64,000 nt of DNA from Oikopleura dioica (lineage: Eukaryota; Animalia; Chordata). Positions within the stretch are counted from its first letter, which is position 1; each line of letters opens with the position of its first letter. The stretch spans positions 13,020,001 through 13,084,000 of the forward strand of contig OU015566.1 in NCBI GenBank assembly GCA_907165135.1, written 5' to 3'. Position numbers and translations under genes: made by a program. The notes under the pieces were generated by a model. The model had not been told where the DNA came from. It ran no database searches and worked only from the letters and a program-made list of their open reading frames with translations. Of the stretch, positions 26,867-38,189 are shown in pieces.

Positions 26867-28737
26867 TTAAAAGTTAAACTGGTTGAAACGAACAAATTGG
26901 GTGTAACAAGAATCTTTTTTCGAACCCCGTCCGGTTACTTTTTCACGTTCTTCGATGTGATGGAGATAGTCGCTCATGTATGAATCCAGATAAGATAAGA
27001 AGTCTTGAATTTGTGGCCGATCATGTAAATTCTAAAGAAGATTTTGATCATAAAGAGAGGGCTATCTTATTAAAATCATTTTTGTCATGATCTCATTATG
27101 ATAGCCGTGCATTTTTTACGCTGTGAAAATTCTCACTTACATTTTTCTCCTCAGGATCGTATTTGAGATTGTACAATTCCTTCGAGCCAGGCACATATTT
27201 AAAGTTTTCTTTCCGGAGTGAAGCGTTCAAGCCCCGCAAGTTCGCATGCGTCAGAATCGGAGTCTTTTGCAACTGCAAATTTGCTTCGCCAGTTTCTATG
27301 TAGTGGACAAGGCTTCTACTATCAGGAGCTTCGTTACAGTCTTTCTGGTGTTTTCACTCTATTATTTTTTCATTTTTATAAATATAATTCCATAATAAAA
27401 CACATTCCTAGGCTATACTCAATAAGTTCTGCAAGTGAAGCGTAAATATCAACAGTAGAAACTGGAATTTTCGGATCGAAAAGAGTCCTAGGCGTAAAAC
27501 GACGCGGATAACGCCATAAAAATGGAGTTCTGTGACCTGCTTCGCTTTGACTATTCTTAGCGCCCTTCAATTGAATGGACCTTTCTGGCAAGTCCAGTCG
27601 CCGTTGATTGTGACCAAAAGTTTCAAATATGTCCTCTGCAGATGTTGCTGGTCCGTTATCGCTCATAAAAATGACCAAAGTATCATCAGCAATGTCATTT
27701 TCTTCCAGTTTCTTGAGGATCTTTCCGACAATTTCATCCGCCTCCATGATCGACTCCCCCAAATTGCCGATTCCCGACTGATTTCGAAAGCGCAAAGGCG
27801 TGTTGAACGGCCCATGCCCGTTTCGCATCCCGTAGTAGACGAAAAACTCTTCATTCTTGTTATCATCGATGAAGCGTTCAAGCTTGGGGATGGTCATCTC
27901 CTCGTTGTGACGCGTGTCATACGATTTCATCGCGACTTGCTGGCGCGGAAAGTTACAAAAATAAATCGGTAGATCTTGTTTGTTTTCATCAAATCTCTTT
28001 GATTGTCTTGTGTCGCCTCCCATGTACCCTGTCACGGGAAAAGTGCTACATCCACCCGTCTTAGGATTATACGACTTTACATCGCTCGGAGTGGCTTCTG
28101 GATATGCCTGTTGCTTGATCCACGTGTCAACCGGCTCGATTCCCACTCCATTCTCGTAGAAACCCCCAGGTTGGCAGCAAAGAAAGCTGTTGGTAAAGGA
28201 ATAGTCGTAACTGTGATTTTGAGGGCCGACGAGAAACTCGTAATTGCCAGGAAGATAGTTTGACGTTCGCAAAGTTGGGAAGCTTTTTCCTAGCTTGTTC
28301 ATTTCTTCTTTGAACTCGTTGTCGAGTCGTTTACGGTTGTTCCTTTCTTCTTGAGTTTCATTGAGATTAACGAGATTATTGCTCAAAGGCTGGAACTTTC
28401 CAAACATGCCCGTTTTGTAGCCTGCTTTTTTGAACATATCTCCAAGCTGCGGCTCATCCGGCCAAATAACTCGATTCGGCTTGTCTTCCATCGAATACCG
28501 CCCTGTCATTAGCATGTATCTGCTCGGTGCACAACGACTCGAGCCACTGTGAGCATCGAGAAATTTCACTCCTTCCTTTCCGAGTCGGTCGATATTCGGC
28601 GTGGGGACTTTTGCTTCTCTGTTGTAGATTTGAAAGTCGCCGATTCCGAAGTCGTCGCAGTTGAGAATGATTACGTTCGGCCGCCTAGCTGTACTCTCTG
28701 CTATCAAAAAGAAAATAATACCAGGAAAAAGTCGCAT
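26867..28737 (-). CDS. Secreted arylsulfatase (formylglycine-dependent sulfatase)
   Basis: Signal peptide, RPNVIILNCDDFGIGD, catalytic CxPSR motif (SRCAPSRYMLMTGRY), GYKTGMFGK, SDNG, GHRTPF. About 445-aa first exon, then exons near 27340-27146 (EAPDSRSL...ELYNLKYDPEEKN) and near 27033-26867. Confidence 0.92.
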
Positions 28738-29004
28738 TATTCAAGAATATTTCCGAAGAAATAAAATTGATTTTTGTGTTTCATGAACATGATACTTAAT
28801 TTAGCGCCACCAAATTTGTTATTGATGGAATCAATCAATTTGATGCTATAAATACCATTTTTCTTCTGCTTTTTTATATTTGGATGTTAATAAGAGTTCC
28901 AAGAATCTTCACGTTGGTAAAAACATTGACCTTTGTTTGCTTTTATCAAAATCGATTTTGAATATTTTGCTCAATCTTTTAGCTGAATTAAAAATTTTTG
29001 AAAA

Positions 29005-31437
29005 ATGAAATCGTTCTTTTTTCTTTTGAATTTTGCGAGAGCCGAGCCAGAAGGTCTAAGAGAACTTGTGTCGAAGCTGATAACATTCAAGTACTCCTAT
29101 GATGTGGAAAACGGCACCAGATATGCATTGACTTTGAAGGAGCTTTTGTCTTATGGCCAGGGTTCGGTAATTTGAGCTCACGCTAAAACTCAAGGAAACA
29201 AAGCTTGAGACTCAGGTTTTTTAATTTGAGTTTTGAGAACTCAGAGATGAGAGCTCGCGTGAGGAATCAATTCTGGCGATCCATGAGCCAATCAAGGAAG
29301 CGCTCGCTTAATTTGAGTTTTGAAAACTCAAAGCTCTCAAATTTCCCAAAAACTCAAAACTCTCAAATCTTCTCAAAAGGATTTCTCAAGTCACTTTGAG
29401 TTCTCAATTTGAGGAAATTTGAGCGTCTAGCCAAAATGAGTTTTAGCTTGAGCTCAAATTACCGAACCCTGCTTATGGCTGTTATTGCCAATTTGACGAT
29501 GAAGTCAATTATCGGCATCGTCATGGAGTTCCGCTTGATGAATTCGATCTTCATTGCCAAAATTTCAAGCGCTGCTCGGCTTGTGTTTCGATGGATGATG
29601 AGAAATGTGAGGAAAAAAGTGCTGATTTTGCGATGTTTTTGAACCAAGCTAGTTTTCAAAATTAGGAAATTTCATTTTCGGAGGAAATTCTCTTTCGTCG
29701 AAAAATTTCTAACAGAACTTCTTTTTGAAAACTAGTGATATGAACCGGATTGTATGAATGCGCGTCTGGAACAACGTGTCAAGAAAACTTGTGTTCCTGC
29801 ACCACTGATTTTGTAAACAAGATTTTTGAAAAGACGGAATTCGCTGTGAGAGGACTTTCGCGAGAGCACAATTTGGAAGTCATGAAACTATGCAAACCTG
29901 GCGGGCATAGACAGCTTCGGGTGAGCACCATGCTTTTGACAAAGAATCTTTATGCTAGAATCTTTATTTCAGGCCAGAGATGCAAACTTGGCTTTATTTT
30001 CGCTGAGCTGAGCTGAGCTGAGCTGAGTGAAAAATTCTCTGAGCTGAGCTGAGCTGGCCATTTTCAGAGGTCATTGAGCTGAGCTGAGCTGAGCAGATCC
30101 TAATTAAAGCTGAGCTGAGCTGAGTGAGCTGATTTGAGCTATTTTTTACTGTTTTTTAGTAGTGAAATTGTGTTTAAATCATTGAGCTGAGCTGAGTAAT
30201 TATTGTCTTAGCTGAGCTGAGCAGATAAATTCATTTTCGAAAATCAGTGAGCTGAGCTGAGCTGAGCGACTGCTCAGCTCACTCAGCCAGCTCAGCTCAC
30301 TCAGCTCAGCAAATTTGCAACTCTGTTTCAGGCGCGAGCTCAATTCTTCACACCAGAAAAGGCTGATTCATGTTGCGGCCGGTACCCAAATAGATTTCCA
30401 TACAATACTTCAGGAAGGAATTAACTAAAAATATTTTTTCATCTACTGGCTTTTCTATAAATAGCTTTTTTTCATTTCTTTTTTCGAAATTGCTGATATT
30501 CTCAAATCAGATACAGAAAAAGAGTGCTGTGATGGTTCGATAATATCTTCTCGAAAAAATGTTTGCTGTCATGGACGAGTAACATCAATAATTGGGTGTG
30601 AAGATGAAAAGATCAAAAAAGAAACTGATGATGATGAAATGTCTATTTTTCAACGAAGAATAGTTTTTTTATACGATGAAGGAGGTTAGATTTCTTTGAA
30701 AATTCCCACCATAAATTTTTAATTATTTCCTTTATTACTCCAAAATTTATTTCTTCCATTCAATAAAAAAATCAACAATAAAACGTTGCGATAGTCTTTT
30801 GAAATAAAAAAAATAAAGTCGTCATAACTACAAGAATTCAGACCAAAATGCTATCACTTCCACTGCGTCACCAATTTCTTATGAAACAATGTTTGAAACA
30901 TACACAACTACGGCAGATACAACAAAACAAACTGAATACGAAACAACTTCATCATCTGCCACGTATGAGTACGAAACGTATTTATCCACAGTAACCACTG
31001 GAACAACCAAGGATCCGAGTACAACAACTTCAACATTGCGGACTTTGCCAGTCTTAGATTCAGAAGACAACGAAGATTATGAAACTTCGTTCTCCACTGT
31101 GACAACGGGAACGACAAAAGAACCGACGACAACAATGACATCAACCTTCGGAGACTTCCCAGGACCTTGCTTTCCAAATCCTTGTCTCAATGACGGAGAG
31201 TGTATTGAATCCCCAAATTCCGAGTTTCCATGGCTAGCGTACTCCTGCATCTGCCTAACCGTGCCGATTCATTTCACTGGCCGTAACTGCCAATATGGCC
31301 CGTGCAATCCAAATCCGTGCATCAACGGCGGAAGATGCAAAATAGCGGATTTCAAGCGAGAAAAAGAATACTCAAATATTGAGTGTTTTTGTCCCAAAGG
31401 ATACGGGGGAAATTACTGTGAGCTCCGACTGTACTGA
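29005..31437 (+). CDS. Secreted modular protein: PLA2-like domain, CC-rich segment, Thr-rich mucin region, two EGF repeats (possibly a disrupted allele)
   Basis: MKSFFFLLNFARA signal peptide; YGCYC...GVPLDEFDLHCQNFKRCSAC (sPLA2-like); CCGRYPNRFPYNTS|DTEKECCDG; last exon 30842-31437 Thr-rich plus two EGF. Contains two hAT MITEs and an in-frame TGA at 29741 under the simplest splicing. Confidence 0.75.
29158..29471. mobile_element. hAT-type MITE (family C) inserted in a coding exon
   Basis: 35-bp TIR CAGGGTTCGGTAATTTGAGCTCAMGCTAAAACTCA; 8-bp TSD CTTATGGC at 29150-29157 and 29472-29479. Confidence 0.95.
29975..30325. mobile_element. hAT-type MITE (family D) filled with (GAGCT)n pentamer repeats
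   Basis: TIR CAGAGATGCAAACTTG / CAAATTTGCAACTCTG; 8-bp TSD TTTCAGGC at 29967-29974 and 30326-30333; the repeats invert near the right end. Confidence 0.93.
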
Positions 31438-31673
31438 AAACCTTGAATAATCTGTATTATACTATTACTAGCGATGTTATTTGTAAATAAATCCAATTTT
31501 TATAAGGTAAAACCTTTTTTTTTATTTTTTTTTGTTTTTTTTTCAGGAGTATAAGGAGGGATTCTATTGAACAAGAATAATTTCTTGAGAGGGCAGATTT
31601 AACTTGAAAGCAGGATAATTTTAATACTATTAAAGACTGGACGAGAACAGGGCATTTTCAGGGTAATTTTATG

Positions 31674-31830
31674 GGGGTGTCGTCAGGAACCGACAAAAAA
31701 TGTCGACAAATTTTGCGTGGGCGACTATTCGGCAGCTGATTCGCCGTTGTGCGGAATCCGGGCTTCTGATTGGTTGAAAATTTCCACGCAAAATTTGTCG
31801 AAATTTTATGGCGATTCCAGATACCTCCCC
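31674..31830. mobile_element. MITE family B copy
   Basis: Same internal sequence as 8682-8839; TSD ATTTTATG at 31666-31673 and 31831-31838. Confidence 0.9.
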
Positions 31831-31881
31831 ATTTTATGAGGAGACTAAGAAAAATGAAGATTTTGAGACATTGAAATTAAG

Positions 31882-32124
31882 CTAGGCAGATCCATGGTAG
31901 TTTTTGAACATTCGTCGACGAATTGCCCGATCGCTTTTTGTGCGATAGGTTTCAAAACGACGGCCAACGTCAGCATCGTATGCCTTGAGCTGCTCGAGAT
32001 AAGATGGAGCAGCTTGAGGAAATTGATAATTGCGATGGTTGACGAATTGGTTTTCAACTTGAATGGATGGAATCGCGAAAACGGTCGATCCAGAAAAGAA
32101 GATGATGGTTTGGGCGATTTTCAT
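31882..32124 (-). CDS. Small secreted 80-aa protein, possible peptide precursor
   Basis: Single ORF MKIAQTIIFFSGSTVFA|IPSIQ... with signal-peptide-like N-terminus and basic sites (GRR, RRR). Confidence 0.55.
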   Translation of the reverse strand: MKIAQTIIFFSGSTVFAIPSIQVENQFVNHRNYQFPQAAPSYLEQLKAYDADVGRRFETYRTKSDRAIRRRMFKNYHGSA

Positions 32125-32917
32125 TGCTGAGATTTTTGGTTTGAGCTGCTGCTTGCTTGTTGGATGTGAAAGTGATTGAGTTTGATGTCTGGTCTGGTCT
32201 TCAATCCTTTTTATAGAAGCAAACTCGACTCAAATCTAATACTAGAGGGAGCAATAGTATACGATGGCACTATCGAGCTAAGAATAAGTTTTCACACCTC
32301 GTGAACAATCACTCAAAGTGACGAAGGAGTGCAAATAGAAAATGGAAAACAACTGCCTCCTAGTACAAAAAATTTAATGAAAGTGCCCCTTTGACCTGCC
32401 GATAAACAATAACCAACAGCATTTTGACTTGGAAGATTCTTTGTAAAAATAAAAAAAAAGACGAGAAATAAAAGTCAAAATTGGCAAGTTGCGTGAAGAA
32501 GCAGTCAACAATGGAGAATACAAGAAGGGATTATACAGCAGTTTATGTTTATAAATTATAATTACGCAAAAGTGTATGTTGTGTGTTTGTGTTTTTGTGT
32601 GTTTTGTGAAAACGGCGCTAGAACAGCACCCGCGTGAGCCATTCGCTGCGACACGATAAAGTGCACGCGCGTGCGTTCAAGTGCACGAATTTTTTTCATG
32701 AAAAAGATAGACAGTACTGTGTGTTAATGTACAGTCGACGAAATTAGAAAATTAGTTAGAAGTGTCCTCAGTAACGTCAGATTAGCGCGCGCGCGGTTGG
32801 CTGGTTTTTGGTGTTTTGGATGGTTGTTTTGCGGAGAACTGTGATCGTGTTTTGTCTCCAGCCGACTTTTTCGGAGAGTCGGGGTGTTCGGCTCTCGCGT
32901 TATCGTCATCTTTGAAC

Positions 32918-35082
32918 TTAATCGTCTCGGGCGGGGGCAAGCATGAAGCCAGAGAATGTCGAGTAGTGACTTTATCTTGTTCGAAAAAAAATTCTGAAAT
33001 CAAGGAAGACTCAATTTCTCTAGAAAAATCTTTGACTTCAAATTTTTGTCGAACAGTTCCTTGGAGAATGGCCGTAAACATGTCCTTGTCTAAGCCTGAC
33101 CCAGATGCAGTCACCCTTCTTGAGGATGAGAACAGCGGTGCAAGAAGTCGTTTCAAATCGAACATCCTGGTTGGTTCCAGAAGCGACCATCTCTTGGTTT
33201 CTCATCAAATGGACAAAAAGTGGCCCAGAGTTTTGGCATCGCTGTCATTCGGTTTTTTTGATATATTCACAAATTATAAATTTGATAAATTATCAAGCTA
33301 AGAATGTTCGAAAACCGTAACAAAACATTGACATGGAAAACGTAAGTTCCATCGACTGGGGCGTTGAAGCTTCCTGTCTCTTGATCATATGCTGGCTGAT
33401 TGGGCTGGACCTCGTTCTGGTTGGTCAAGACAGTGTCGAAAGTGATGGCGTCGCCGCGCTCGATGAAATTCTGGCTCAAAGCAGCCATGAAGGAAACTTG
33501 AGCTTGTGGAGAGCAGGCTTGCTCGCAGATTCCAGGTTCACCAGCAAGACCGACATCGCCCTTGACTAGAAAAACATGTTATAATCAAGTATAATTGCAC
33601 TAAACTTACTTGAAAGACCGGCTTCACCAGGGACACCAGGGGGACCTTGTGGACCGACTTCACCCTGAATGCCGATACCAGGGTTTCCTTGGTCACCCTT
33701 TGGTCCAGGAGCACCACGGGGACCAACTGGACCAGGCTTCATCGAAGCCTGACCGTTGAGACCTGGGGCACCATCTTTGCCGGGAAGACCATCTTCTCCC
33801 TAAGATTTTTATCAGAGTTTTAGGCTACTCATTTTTGATCTTACCTTGCAACCGGGCTCACCAACGGCACCTTCGGGACCGACTGGACCTGGGAGACCTG
33901 GAAGACCTCGTCCGCCAGAGTCACCCATTGGACCTTGTGGACCTCGCTCACCAGGCTTGCCATTGATACCATTAGCACCAGGCATACCATTCTCGCCAGG
34001 TTTACCAGGGGGACCAATATCTCCTCGTGGACCTCGTTCTCCTGGAAGACCATCTTGCCCATCAAGACCGTCGAGACCAGTAGCACCAATGGCACCCTTC
34101 AGACCTTGCTCACCAGGAAGACCTGGTTTGCCATCAAGACCAGCTGGGCCTCGGAGACCAACTGGACCAGGGGGACCTTGCTGACCTTAATCCAAGTTAG
34201 ATTGAGTAAGTAAAAATAATCGTACCTTCGTCTCCCTGTGGACCTCGAGGACCACGCTCTCCAATACCGGGAGGACCCTGAAGACCATCAGGACCAATTG
34301 GACCAGGGTTACCCTGTTCTCCAGAGGGACCTCGTGGACCTTCGTCTCCCTTTCTTCCTTGTTCTCCAGGAATACCAGGCTCTCCCTTTTTACCACAGGG
34401 GCCAGGGATACCAACACCGGGAGGACCAGCTGGACCAGCACAACCAGGAGCACCAGGAGGACCGACTGGACCTTCAGGACCATCAGGTCCGCTGCGACCT
34501 AGCATAATAGATAATAATGGCAGTTTTTATGATCTTAGAGTGATAAAGCGGTTTATTATTGTTTCTCATATTTGATTTCAAAAGATGATTACCTTGTGGA
34601 CCAGTGGGACCAGGAGCACCAGGTCCACCAGGGCAACCAGGAGGACCCTGAAGGAAGTGGCATTCTCCGTCGCTCTGACAAAGCGGGCTGCATTCAGGAC
34701 AATCTCCTTGACAGTCCAATTCTGGCTCTTCGACTAATGGATTGTCTGTTTTCAGGGTCCTGACCTTTGAACTTGAACTCCTTGTTGATTTTTCAGCCGA
34801 ACAAGAAAAAGTACTACGCTAATCAGATCCGATTGGTTAATTAATCCAATGATCAATTAAGTAAAATGATTAATGGCGCTACTGTTTGACACGGGCGGTC
34901 AGACCCATTCCTCGTCGAGACATCTCTGGAACTCGGAGAGCAGGCTCGTAAGTCTTGATCTGTGGCTCGCGGTTTCGAGATCGGTTGCAAGGCACTCCGC
35001 CGCACATTTCGACGACTTCATCTTCGTCGGGCTGTGGACTCGCCGCTACGAGCCCAGCGGCCAACACTCGCCAGATCTTCAT
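32918..35082 (-). CDS. Secreted collagen with C-terminal gC1q domain (C1q/collagen VIII-X/otolin-like architecture)
   Basis: Signal [14 protein letters not shown]; Cys-rich linker [13 protein letters not shown]; several Gly-X-Y exons across about 34650-33500; gC1q FMAALSQ...ITFDTVLTN...[22 protein letters not shown]...[13 protein letters not shown]...[10 protein letters not shown]. Confidence 0.9.
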
Positions 35083-35122
35083 GCTTCTGAAAATTCTTGT
35101 TGATAAAATGAAAGACCATAAC

Positions 35123-35440
35123 TAGGCTTCGGACGTAAAAAATCATCACCACCAGCCGGTCGTCGTACGGTAACAAGAGTAGGCTCATTCGAAAGCTCTT
35201 AAAAAGGGCTTTCTGTTAGGTTTATAAAAAAACTGGGCCCTGTCCTCCTTTTTCGAGATATTTGATTTTGAAGGTAAGCTTCGAAAAATATTTTTCAAAA
35301 TAACTCGTAACAGAAAGGGAGGGCCCAGTTTTTTTATCGGTTTAATAGAAAGCCCTTATCAAGAGCTTTCGAATGAGCCCACTCCTGTTCCCATACGATG
35401 ACCGGATGGTGAAAATCGTCTTTTTTACGTCCGAGGCCTA
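35123..35440. mobile_element. 318-bp palindromic MITE (family E), TAGGC termini
   Basis: TAGGCTTCGGACGTAAAAAA ... TTTTTTACGTCCGAGGCCTA, arms extending most of the length; 8-bp TSD ACCATAAC at 35115-35122 and 35441-35448. Confidence 0.92.
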
Positions 35441-35736
35441 ACCATAACTCTATTTTTTCTTATCTTTTTATAATAATTTTCCCACTGCTATCTTTGAGCT
35501 TAAACAACAAGTCTATTACATCGAATTATAGGCAGCTTCACGAGTAACATTAACATAATTTGATAAAAATGCTCTAAGAAAAAAGTCATTCTGAAATAAA
35601 CCCCCATTTTCTGGATTGATTCATGATTCATAAATCCACTAATGGTCTCCTCTTGTTATCCTTGATTTCCTCTAACTGGATTTTCAATTTCTCTCAGAAT
35701 CCAAAAATCTCTAAAAACTGTACCTGGACTTCTACC

Positions 35737-36092
35737 TATCAAGCCGAAGGAGTGTCTGTCCTTCTTCGCGATGTTGGCTCTGGTGATATTGCTTCGTCGA
35801 GCTTGATCACCTGGGTGAGCTCTTCTGCCTGGCGCGGTAGTTGAGCTTGGGCGCCGCCACGCTTACTTCCTTGCTCGTTCTTGTCTCTTCTCTTCTCGAC
35901 GGGAACTCTTTCTTTCAGTGAAGTTTAGTGCCAAGTTTCAACAAAAAAACATAAACTCTGTTTTCACACATTTCCACTCACGCCACAAGACAGTTCCACA
36001 ATTGTCATTTCGGCCAGTTGATGCCGCCCCAATTTCCTCTTCCGAGCGAAAATCAGCTGCTCTCCGACTTGTCACATGGGCGCCCATGGTCT
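35737..36092 (-). CDS. Putative small two-exon orphan (~100 aa, charged)
   Basis: MACTSKTMGAHVTSRR...VLW|GTGAGT donor, phase-compatible with (Q)RVPVEKRRDKNEQGSKRGG...RRTDTPSA*; no homology recognised. Confidence 0.35.
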
Positions 36093-38025
36093 TTGATGTG
36101 CATGCCATGGCCGCTTGACTTTGAAAAGATTTCGTTTTCAATAGTAAGTGAGCGGATATCGCATTTTCTACCGGGTACCGTTCCATTTTCACGCGTGAGC
36201 CAAAATGAACAAGAAGAAGAGGCAGGACAAAGGAGGATTTATGATTTGCTGTGGTAGGAGATGGTTGATCAGCAGCAGCATTGAATAACAATGATGGATT
36301 TGAAAGTTCTTAACAGTGGCATTGAAAATCAAGGACTTTTTCTATTTTTATTGAAAATTAATAGGCCAAGTACTAACTATTGCCATTTCTGAAGAGAAGA
36401 TGAAGTCGACGCTGGCAAAAGTTCAATTCGCTAATCCAGCTAGTTCATAATCGACAACCATAAAACGTGAAACATGTCTGAAGTTGATGATCGATGAAAA
36501 TTTAATGATTTTATTAATTCCGGCCTAGAAAGAATTCGGGACTAGGTTAACAGAAATTTACTTCCCATTAGCGGGTCGCTAAGACTTCGGGACAGATCGG
36601 AATGAAAATTTGAATCTTTTATTTTCATAAAACATTACACATTACAAATTCAATTAACATAATCTTATTGCTTTTGATATAGAAACGAACGATTCTGAAA
36701 ACATTTTATAAATATTATATTTTATTTTATTTTGAGTTCGACATTGCTAGAGGTTCCTTTTATCAGTTTGACTCTGGAACGAACCAGCATTTTTATCTAC
36801 TTCTAGCGCTGTTGACCATGAAATTGATCAACGATAAGGATTTTTCTTCGTATGAAAGACTAGTGGTTTCTTCTTTTTGTATAAAATTTCGACTGTAAAA
36901 TGAGAAGTCAATTGAATAATAAACGTAGCTAGTTACGTGGTCGGCGAAATGTTTAAACTTGAGAATTAAATAAATTATTCAATTCGGAAAGCCAAGATTG
37001 TCTGATGTGTCATAACCGTAATAACGAAAAGAAAAAGGTTTTAAAGTCGGAAATCGTTATCAGTGACCTATTCGGTCCATAGTCAAAAAACCGCATCGTA
37101 CCATGATTTGACGTAACTAAAACAATAACTTGCCAAAACGTCTACTAGAGGTGTCAAAGCCGCTTTCAAACCTTTGGTCAAGGAAGAATTTGGTCAAGTT
37201 GAATCCAGCTGCCTTGTTTACGAGTAATTCGCCCTTCAGATCTAAAAATAACGGGCCCGGTGCTTAATGGCGTATTTACGGTCCTAATCAAGTATTATTT
37301 ATTTGATAGGCGATCAATTAACATTTTGTTAAAGCAAGCTGGGGAATTTCGAACCCGTAAACGTTCAAACTTCTTCACGATTTGACCAAACTGTCTCTTT
37401 ATTTAAGGGTGTCAACATCGATTTCAGCAAAGTTTTGGCCCTCATTTAGGCACCTTCCTAACCTTCCTGAAATTAATAAGGGGACCCCTTCCGCTAACGA
37501 GAATAAAGGGGGAGCAAGCATTTAAAGGGGTCTTAGCTTCATATTGACAAGAATAAATAAGGGTGTCAGTATGTTAAGTCTGGGAGTAAAGGCATCTCGA
37601 AACATTACAAGCAAAAGAAACTGTCTGTCAAGGCAGACAATCATATTTTCTACTGTTAGCTTCCTAAGACTTTTAACATCTTGTAAACTAGCTTTATGTG
37701 TTTTTAAAAACAATAAAGCTGTTTACGGCCTTAATTAGGGTTTTTGATCAGAAGCCAAGTTCTTCGCTTTTCTTTTTTTCAGATTTGCGTTGAGCCGCTT
37801 TTCAATTCAAAGGCTGATTTTGGCCAGCCGGCGCCATAAAACCAAAAATCTAAACGCTAGCTCGTACTTTCCAAGTCATTAATGTCAGACCACCTAACTG
37901 CGATCAAACGGCAAAAAGCCAATAAATTTACATAACACGAGCAAATTGTGAGACATACCGATAAGCATAATGTCTTTGAACTTCTATTACCGGAAGTCAA
38001 CAACTTAGCAATTAAACTTACCATA

Positions 38026-38189
38026 ATCAGATCAATTTCTAGTCAGCAAATGATCAAGTTATATAATAATTCAGTTATTGATATCGATAATTATCAGAAT
38101 ATTTAATATTTATTGAAATTGGTAATTATCAAATCAAAAACTGAATTATGATATAACTTGATCATTTGCTCACTAGAAATTTATTTGAT
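38026..38189. mobile_element. ~165-bp AT-rich inverted-repeat element upstream of IGHMBP2
   Basis: ~50-bp arms ATTTCTAGTCAGCAAATGATCAAGTTATATAATAATTCAGTT / AACTGAATTATGATATAACTTGATCATTTGCTCACTAGAAAT; TSD not resolved. Confidence 0.7.

Noticed and set aside
29741-29743. Selenocysteine recoding of the in-frame TGA
   Set aside because: No SECIS recognised and not at an expected Cys position; simpler explanations exist
30001-30310. Regular short repeats as a possible CRISPR array (also 47235-47540)
   Set aside because: Tandem units without unique spacers, inside TIR elements, in an intron-rich eukaryote
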